Below, piece by piece: positions 11,201 to 20,000 of a stretch of 20,000 nt of DNA. The position numbers were made by a program, and so were the translations under genes. This stretch comes from Albugo candida (taxonomy: Eukaryota): NCBI GenBank assembly GCA_040437565.1, contig JBDOQK010000033.1:359136-379135 (forward strand), read 5' to 3'. Under the pieces are notes generated by a model. The model was not told the DNA's origin, ran no database searches, and saw only the letters and a list, made by a program, of their open reading frames with translations. Every line of letters starts with the position of its first letter. The first letter of the stretch is position 1.

Positions 11201-13170
11201 TGATAAAAATTTTGCTCCTCGACATAAATCTACGCCAATAAAGTGTACATTCAGAGACATGGTCCAAGAAGGCCTGAGACACTTTGCCATAGAGCACTCA
11301 TAAGCGTTTCTCGAGCCGATGACAATTTTTGCTCTTCATATTGCTGTAAAGTCTGAGCCAACAGACTGCATCGCGACTTGGGTTCAATGACGACAAGTCG
11401 ACAAGTGAGATCGCTTCTATCGTTCCACATTAAAACTACAAATCAAGCGATCAGATTGAGGCCTTTTTCATGAAATGAATAATGTACCTGCGTCTTCATC
11501 CTCTGTTCGATACAAAGCGTGCTTAAGAGCAAGGTAGCAATCGGAAAGCACTGCAAGACTCTATTTACCGAAACATTCCACTTCTGTTTTGTGAATTTCC
11601 TTCTTCAGATTTTAGACTTTTTTGAGATCGTTTATCATACGACTTGGGCAGAATGTGACACTTTTGGGAGTTTTTTTATTCATACACTTAAACGCTCTGA
11701 GTCGTATTTCCAGCTTCGATATTTCCCGAAAGCGCGAATGAATTCTCGTGTAAGTTTTGTTCGGGAAAACGAAGAATTAGCCCATTTTTCGAGATCGAAA
11801 ACTGGATGCTATCACCACAAATAATTGAGTAGAGCTTCCTTGATGACAATCAATACATACTTTCAGCAAATCGACGAGCTGCAGCCATATTTTGTATGGG
11901 AGATATATTCGGAACATGAAACAGAGAAAAGATTTTGTTCTCGCGATGCACAAGCGAGTAGAATGCATCAAAGGCCTCCACATCAAAAGACATAGTAAGT
12001 CACTCATAGCGGAGTGTTTTTGAACGATACCGTTGAGAGTATGTGAGCCTTTAGAGTAGATTGTGCGAGTTTCAGTGTTGGTTTCTGAGAAGCCTTTATC
12101 ATTCAGGTGCTGCATCCAATAAGTCAGAGAGATTCAGATGTTCGATAAAAGGCTCCCCTCTTCAAAATGGTGCAAAGAACTTCCACTGAGTCGACCTATT
12201 TGACCGATTATCTTGTTTGTCATACCGATCTGAAAGAGACTAAAGTGGCAATAAGATTGGTAGAAACTGGGGGAGATGACATTCGTACTTTCCAAGCTGC
12301 GGGGAATCCGGTTCTGAGCTGTGTTACTCGGAGGAAGGCTTTTTAGCATTCTTCCCACTGAAAAGTATCAGTTTGTGGCTTCCGCAATGATTGAGGGAAT
12401 GATAATATTTCTACGGAGAATTTGGATTTTTCAATAATCATAAGAGCATTCGTATTGTGCGATCCATGCAAAGCGACTTTCTTCCTGACTGGGAATGATC
12501 GCTTCTTGACACTTTTCTTGCTTGATAGGCGCTAGAACTTCTTCCAACCAATGGACCATAGCAATGAGAATAGCCATTGATCGCACAATTGTCGCAAATA
12601 CAGCCGCTTTATTACAACCCTGCAAGTAATCAATGCGTTCAATCTTCGTCATTGACTGAAGAGATAATGTCTAACTTCTCATTTACTATTGACTACTCGT
12701 CGTTGGAAATTCACTCGGTGGTGACATCATACCTCGCGGTGGCGGTTCGCATCCTTGGATCATTCCAGGACGGAGTGAGGTTGGTGTTTCAAGCAAAGGA
12801 ACACGTAACTAAGCGCCAGCTATTGACATCACACTATTAGATGATGTAACATGCTATCTTTCTCGCCATGAGCATTGCACATTGCCACCAGTATTCAGTA
12901 TCTTTTGATTCGCTAACAACGAGTATTTGTGTAGAGATATGAGAACAATTTTGAATCCAAGCACACAAAGCACTTGTGTTTCTATCCTCGATTGCGTTGC
13001 TTCCTACCAGCTTGCTCCACATGAATCCCATCATATATTATTTATGTGCCACATGTCCTCAAATGACTGCACCGAATCATGTGTTAGATACGTAATAATA
13101 TCGCGGCATAATGCTTCACGACAGACACTACCGTAAATTTCAAATTTTCTACTCCCTATTCTGTCTTGCA
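8275..13170 (-). pseudogene. SKI3: SKI3/TTC37-like TPR protein pseudogene, apparently near full length, spanning the gap at 9639-9738
   Basis: The core at ~9975-10760 reads LGIVYWNLG / CFLQAAWLKADD / FSYIVKWYVEVHKDSVRAKKCFLRALELS / QYYVNQDEEGALNAMLIALGRDPNTATHYVTLAHLYQHFGKY, matching the recalled TTC37/Ski3 central TPR block. Flanks read as helical TPR-like pieces, and the ~4.9 kb span fits Ski3 length. Many stops and frameshifts; outer limits are uncertain. Confidence 0.75.
9639..9738. other. Assembly gap (100 N)
   Basis: Run of 100 N. Confidence 0.99.
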
Positions 13171-13210
13171 TCTAATCCATACACTGATAACGAATACCTT
13201 AGACAATAGA

Positions 13211-14105
<895 letters not shown>

Positions 14106-14114
14106 GAAGAACGT

Positions 14115-14789
14115 TTAACGTGAATATCATAGCCGCAAATGATTTGGGAGTGGAAGGAGGTGTGACCATTGAGTGTAGCCAATCGGTTCCACTGTCCGAG
14201 GATAGCCATTGTCCAACATATTTTCTAGAAGCTATTTTAACTCCAGAAGAAGATTGGTTGTACCTGAGAAGGAGTGCGTGCACCTGGTACACCATCAAGA
14301 AGTTCTCAGTGAGAAAATGTCTGTCAACCTCGCCAAAGGTGTCGTCAAATACGGCCGACTTGCGATACGAAAATCCAATTACAAGTCCAGGCGAATCTGA
14401 TTAAGGAAAGCTCCAATCAAATATCGACTAGCGGTATCAGACATCAGAATCGCGTAACTCGCTCGTGACTTGGCGAGGGAAAAACAACTTATCGTTAAAG
14501 AAACTGATGATGTAGTCGTGGGATCAAGTGGTGAGGGATGGGGTATCGATTTGGTCACGATAATTGCTTATTTTAGCAAGATGTCATTAGCAAACGCTAC
14601 GACTTGTGCGTCCACGCCAATGCTTTCAATGAGCACGGCCCTGTTAAATGTCAATAATCGATAGTAATTGGCTCACGGCAGCCATTCAGGTTGGCTAACT
14701 GAAGCATGAAATGTCTTATACGAAGTAGACGCTCGCTTGGGACCAGAAACATCCGGGGTGGGTATGATAATGAACATGGATTCGGTCAT
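14115..14789 (-). pseudogene. AP3M: Adaptor complex AP-3 mu subunit pseudogene, N-terminal longin domain only, with three putative introns
   Basis: ATG at 14789: MTESMFII; intron ~14750-14641; VLIE/KHWRGRTSRSVC**..DYIISFFNDKLFF; intron ~14458-14397; SPGLVIGFSYRKSAVFDDTFGEVDRHFLTENFLMVYQ; intron 14283-14232 (GTGCAC..AAATAG); LLENMLDNGYPRTVEP/LHSMVTPPS. The EKHWRG and ENF..VYQLLE.MLDNG.P..EP motifs are typical of mu3. The mu-homology domain is absent. Confidence 0.88.
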
Positions 14790-15710
14790 ATTCGCAAAAG
14801 AAGACGCTTGCATCAGCTAGTTCACAGTAGGACGACGTTAGATTCAAAACTACAGTCATAGAAGCAATTTGTCAGCTCTGAAATATCTGATGATCACATT
14901 GTTTGCCTTCTCCAAAAGTGACTTCATTCACTATGAACATGATACCATCAATATACCTGCGTTAACTTTGGCTGTGATCTTTCTCGGCTCGATAGTCTCG
15001 TAGGACAATATCCTTGAGTATCTGAATGTGTTCCACAATCGCAATTCCCTGATCAGACTCATACTGATATTATCCACGGAAATGTATGGTTCGTACAGAG
15101 TTCACAATNNNNNNNNNNNNNNNNNNNNNNNNNNNNNNNNNNNNNNNNNNNNNNNNNNNNNNNNNNNNNNNNNNNNNNNNNNNNNNNNNNNNNNNNNNNN
15201 NNNNNNNNTGCGTCCACGCCAATGCTTTCAATGAGCACGGCCCTGTTAAATGTCAATAATCGATAGTAATTGGCTCACGGCAGCCATTCAGGTTGGCTAA
15301 CTGAAGCATGAAATGTCTTATACGAAGTAGACGCTCGCTTGGGACCAGAAACATCCGGGGTGGGTATGATAATGAACATGGATTCGGTCATATTCGCAAA
15401 AGAAGACGCTTGCATCAGCTAGTTCACAGTAGGACGACGTTAGATTCAAAACTACAGTCATAGAAGCAATTTGTCAGCTCTGAAATATCTGATGATCACA
15501 TTGTTTGCCTTCTCCAAAAGTGACTTCATTCACTATGAACATGATACCATCAATATACCTGCGTTAACTTTGGCTGTGATCTTTCTCGGCTCGATAGTCT
15601 CGTAGGACAATATCCTTGAGTATCTGAATGTGTTCCACAATCGCAATTCCCTGATCAGACTCATACTGATATTATCCACGGAAATGTATGGTTCGTACAG
15701 AGTTCACAAT
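14607..15710. repeat. Direct duplication of 502 bp (14607-15108 = 15209-15710) around a 100-N gap; probable contig-overlap artefact
   Basis: The copies appear identical by eye (offset 602) and are bounded exactly by the gap edges. Confidence 0.92.
15109..15208. other. Assembly gap (100 N)
   Basis: Run of 100 N. Confidence 0.99.
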
Positions 15711-17084
15711 CGTATTGTACTCCATCTCTATAATGAAGCGATGTAGGATAACTCACAACAGATTAGTACGACTGTACCCTCATTCTTGAGCCAAATGGAC
15801 GTTATCGCACACTTATTCAGTCAATCTAATATACATCTAAGTTTTTTTTCAATCTTTCCAAGAATTCATATATCCTCAGGAAGCGTTTCTCTTTCGCTAG
15901 AAACGCCGCCTGAAGTCGAGTGCGTTGGGAACGTGAGAGTGTTACAGCACCGTGTCTGCGGAGAGCAGCAATAGATGTTCCAACGTGATTTTATGGGAAG
16001 GTTTTTTTCACGGTGTAGACTGTCCACTCCGATATATTGCACATCTGGACGCAATTATTACTTGATTGGAAGCAGTTAGGGTATACTGCTTGGAATTTGG
16101 AGTCGTTCATTTGTGTTGGAGGCCGATGCAGCATTCATTTAAGATGACTAGGATCCATGCTCCGGTATTTGCAAACTAAAAAGATGTTGGTATCATGTGT
16201 GGCAAAATCTTTAGAAACACGCCAAGTACGTATAGGAGATGTTTGGTACACGTTCGAATGTTCGCAAGTGTACATTGCAGCGTAAGGTTGTGGACTTATG
16301 CTTGCCACAGACCCTATTGGTACACAGCCAACGCTTTGCAACAAGCCCAGAGCAATTGTATTTGTCAAGTGAAGTCGTTGGATAGAAACACCTGAATAAA
16401 AAAAAAACTTGTACTTATTAAAAAGTAGCGATGGCAACAGTCATCAACTCGGTACAATTGAGCAGCCTTTATGCTTCAATTTGTCTGCAGCGAGGCCAAA
16501 GGAGAAAGCAGACTGATTACAATAAAGAATGGACCATATCCGCAACCATGGATAGAAACGGAGTCAAAAATTAAAAATGGATGAAATGTCGCAGTATGAA
16601 GCGGCATTTAAAGCATACGGGGAGGACGCAAAGTGATTCATGTTAAGCAGGTACCATGCAAGTAAGATACGATGGGGCGTTACGATCTTCACGTTCACCA
16701 AGTTTTTTAGGCTTGAAGTAAATGCACAGCGGAACCATTTCCAACTCTCTCTAACCGCTCAGAAAACTGTCAAACGCCAACACCACGATCGACAGAAACA
16801 TATTTATCTGATCTGGGGCGTTACGATTACCGCCAGATTGGATCAAGACAGCCTCCTACACAAACGACAATCCATTGATGAAAGTCAGTGCTCTGTTCAT
16901 TTGGTATCGAAGTAAGCAGTTAGCATACTAATCTCCAGACATATTGGTAAATTATCGGTTAGCAGGGGTCGAGACTTTCCATTTGAGTGGTTCAACGAGT
17001 CGAACCTAGATAATGGATGCAGGCTCTCAAACGCCCACACCAGCTCTCGCAAATAATTTTCTTCAATTACAACCTCTTACATTC

Positions 17085-18561
17085 GGGGCATTCCTGGATG
17101 GAAAAAAATAGTCGAATCATCCTCTTCCAGTACTCACACTCAAACACGTCGAGACAATCCAAGAAGAAACATTCGTGTCCATCCTTGTAACACTTGGTCA
17201 TCCAAACGATCACCCAATTTCTCTCAACACTTGTGTCAAACATCAGAGTCGGATCTCACTGGAAGCATCACCGGATCTGGATTATAATCCTTACTCAATA
17301 CCAAGCAATTGGAGAGGGTAACACATGTGACGCTGAATATTGTGCTCTTATCTCATCAACGAGCGAGTGGCAATACAACGCATCTAGACCGCGTCACACG
17401 TGCTATCAGGGCGGATACACACACTGAAGATGGGAGAATCATGAGTAAGAGGGGTGATTTGATCGGTATCACTGCAGTGCGAGTGCCCACCAAAGCCGTC
17501 GATGGTTGTGAATCCAGCGCTGATGGATAAGGTACAGGGCTTTTGATGAAGAATGAGACTGCTGTTGCTGGTTGCCTGCTCTTGTACATTACAAACGAAA
17601 TATCGACAAAAACACACACTTTTCAACACGAGAGGTTGCGTCACTGAAGATGAAATCGCACACCATGCGGAAAGGAGTGCAGAGAAGCTTTACGTCGAGA
17701 TCAGTGATGAAGTAGACTTGTATTCAATGTTAGGCGTCTCTGCTGACGTAATCGAAGGGACACAATCCTCAAACGATCAGATGCCACCCAATTTTCTGTC
17801 TCACAAACTCATTGTCCAGCCGGAAGAATGATGTCGTTTTTCCCGCTAGAATTAATCCATCTAGCGCTGTATTTCCTGAAGAAAATCTCATTCGATTGGC
17901 ATTTACTGCAAACGGAAGAGACAGAGATGAAAACCACAGGATCGAAATCGAATCTTTCGCTTCGTACGGGGCTTTGATTGTGCCTTCAACTGAAGAATTT
18001 CAAATAAAAGAACGTTTGAACTCCAAATAGGCTCTAAAAGGTCCCCATTAAATGCCATCTATTGCCTCAGCATTCGTATCAAAACTGTGTGGGAAAACGA
18101 ACCGAAAACAACGTAAAACGATGTCATTCACACAACGTTAAATGGCAGAATAATCCGAAATTCTCTATCAATAAAAAAAACGTTCGACCCGCACGAGTTC
18201 ATATCAATTGCCCTGTCCAAGTTGGATGGAAAAAGACGCAGTGGGGAGTATGATTGGATTCAATGTGTTGCAATCGGCACATTGATTAATTCGAATTGGT
18301 CACACATTACCACTACGGAAAAATGGCGCGAAAATTCCGTTTATGATTCACGTCGATGGGAGACCGTGGAGTGAGACTGTAGTCCTTCTGCTGAACAGTG
18401 AGATCTCTCCGCCGTCGCTGACGCTCATATCCACAATTATGGATCCTTGTATGATAATGCCTGCGACTTATGATGCTGGAAAGTGTGGACATTTTGTATT
18501 GTCGATGCAATGCGACGCCAATTTCAAATTTATCTCAGCGGAGCAATACGTCAATTTTTGA
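17085..18561 (+). pseudogene. Calpain-family pseudogene with two tandem domain III (C2-like) modules
   Basis: GAF/WME at 17085-17103 (like DGxFWM at the end of CysPc; weak). First domain III ends ALIVPSTEE../TFELQIGS../PIKCHLLP. Second domain III reads GKRTENNVKRCHSHNVKWQNNPKFSI..ARVHI, SMIGFNVL and CMIMPATYDAGKCGHFVLSMQCDANF. Best support is 17960-18540; the 5' limit is uncertain. Confidence 0.7.
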
Positions 18562-18907
18562 GAAGAATTGCGATTGGAATAATATCTGGTACGTTTATAG
18601 AAGCATGTATTTAGAATATCGCTATCAATAACAGTTCATGGATAGTGCCAACAGTATTGAAAAGATTACATGCTCGATGTGGATGTCTCAGTACCGTGCG
18701 AGTTTACTATTCGATCGGATATTCAAACCGGATATCTGTGTGTGTTAGTCGTTTTTCAGCGGTGGTGGCACGACCAAAAAAAAAAGTCGACGAGTCGATG
18801 TGACTGTAATGAAGGCTGGTGCATGCTCGATGAAGCCACGACTCACTGCAGAGCGACGGTAGATCAGACCGCGTATGGCCATAAATTGTTATATAAACCG
18901 ACCCGAT

Positions 18908-19322
18908 GTCTTAACTGTTGATTTTGTAGACCACACTAGATACCGAAGGCCATGCTAAAAAATCCAATATTATATACACTGTAGTTAGCAGTCTACAACT
19001 TGATAAATCTACTTTTTGTTTCTCTCGAACGTTGTGTCCGGAACCATCTCTTTCAGAAGGTCTTTCTTCGACATCAACTTCGTCGAACCACTGGTCGCTG
19101 TATCGATCCCGACAATGCATCTAATCCCTACAAACCACCGTTCCCTGCGTCGATAACGACATATGCCTAAACTGTTGATGGCGTAGATCACATTGGACAC
19201 TAAGGGCCATGCTAAAGATTTTAATATTGCATTTACTGTAGTTAGCAATCTAAAACTCAATAAACGTACTTTTCATTTTCGCGACCGTAATGTCCCGAAC
19301 CATCTCCTCCTGAAGCCCCTTC
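18908..19322. repeat. Diverged direct duplication, ~155 bp units (~18913-19066 and ~19170-19322, offset ~257)
   Basis: Hand alignment gives roughly 70-75% identity, with shared blocks AACTGTTGAT, GGCCATGCTAAA, ACTGTAGTTAGCA and GAACCATCTC. Confidence 0.85.
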
Positions 19323-19926
19323 ACAAAAGAAATCACAGCTCGCAGTCTCATAAACCTATATATTGTTAAACAGCACGATATATTGTAAAAATTACACTAA
19401 TATCTTAGCTACTCCAAGTTCTCCAAAAACGCACTTTGATGATTGAATGGACACTGTGAGAACACATACTCAAACAAGCGGGTTTACACGCCATGAATAT
19501 CTCTGAGACACGCATCAAGTTATACTGTACTGACTTGTCTTTTTTTTTGCTCGTGTTGTAAAGTGCGCGTTCAATGATCCATTATTGGATGAATGTAAAA
19601 CGTGCATACTCCACGTATCTACGTATGTAAAGTCCATGATCAGCAACCCGGGTAGTGCGTTTTCTCATTCTCCAAGCTTAAGAGTACGTTTGTACAAGTC
19701 AGTGAGTAAATAGATACATTAAACTCGAATGGAAGAACACCTTCGGAATTTCTCTATTTGATATTTCTACTAATCATGCATATGTATTTATTTTTATGAA
19801 ACAATACTCTAGGCTTTAGGGCTCTGGAAGGTGGGGGAGAAGCCCGAACGAGAACTGTCGTAACTCAAAAGAGCCTGAGATTCTGTTAGACAATTAACGC
19901 AGTAGTTAACAGACTATATAGTAAAG

Positions 19927-20000
19927 CTAGGGTTTAGGGTTTAGGGTTTAGGGTTTAGGGTTTAGGGTTTAGGGTTTAGGGTTTAGGGTTTAGGGTTTAG
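19927..20000 (+). repeat. Telomeric repeat (TTTAGGG)n, right chromosome end
   Basis: CTAGGG at 19927-19932, nine perfect TTTAGGG units at 19933-19995, then TTTAG to the window end. The G-rich strand runs 5'->3' toward the end, as expected for a true terminus. Confidence 0.97.

Noticed and set aside
14607..15710. 502-bp direct repeat as a biological duplication of the AP-3 mu 5' end
   Set aside because: Same gap-bounded, identical-copy pattern, so probably an assembly artefact.
15595..15720. UBR-box-like Cys pattern on the minus strand (CELC..H...GNCDCG...GYC)
   Set aside because: Spacing is poor, it is interrupted by stops, and it competes with an HSP20-like reading in another frame.
16673..16827. 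14-bp direct repeat TGGGGCGTTACGAT (two copies) as a CRISPR or regulatory repeat
   Set aside because: Only two short copies in a eukaryotic context, with no array structure.
18670..18921. Cys-rich ORF as a secreted CCG/CHxC-type effector or EGF-like protein
   Set aside because: No signal peptide, and the CLNC is followed immediately by a stop.
19913..19930. Helitron 3' end (palindrome ACTATATAGT then CTAG) explaining gene-fragment capture
   Set aside because: The palindrome is short, AT-rich and too close to CTAG; CTAG is also part of the first telomere variant; no Rep/helicase is seen and the fragments have mixed orientation.

Overview
Eukaryotic right-hand chromosome end: the window finishes in a (TTTAGGG)n telomere at 19927-20000. 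The telomere unit, axonemal dynein remnants and short (~50-110 nt) GT-AG introns suggest an oomycete, possibly Albugo-like; this is inference. I found no intact gene. The subtelomere is instead a dense mosaic of decayed, partly intron-retaining gene copies, recognised by translating across frameshifts and stops: TtcA-like tRNA thiolase, two back-to-back dynein heavy chain pieces (AAA3-AAA4 on -, C-terminal domain on +), near full-length SKI3/TTC37, spermidine synthase, the 5' half of AP-3 mu, and a calpain with tandem domain III. There is also a degraded L1/Tx1-type LINE. Four 100-N gaps are present; two are flanked by apparently exact duplications that look like unmerged contig overlaps. I see no convincing new functional system; the most interesting signal is the subtelomeric pseudogene mosaic itself. 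Family assignments rest on motifs recalled from memory, not database searches, and pseudogene boundaries are approximate.
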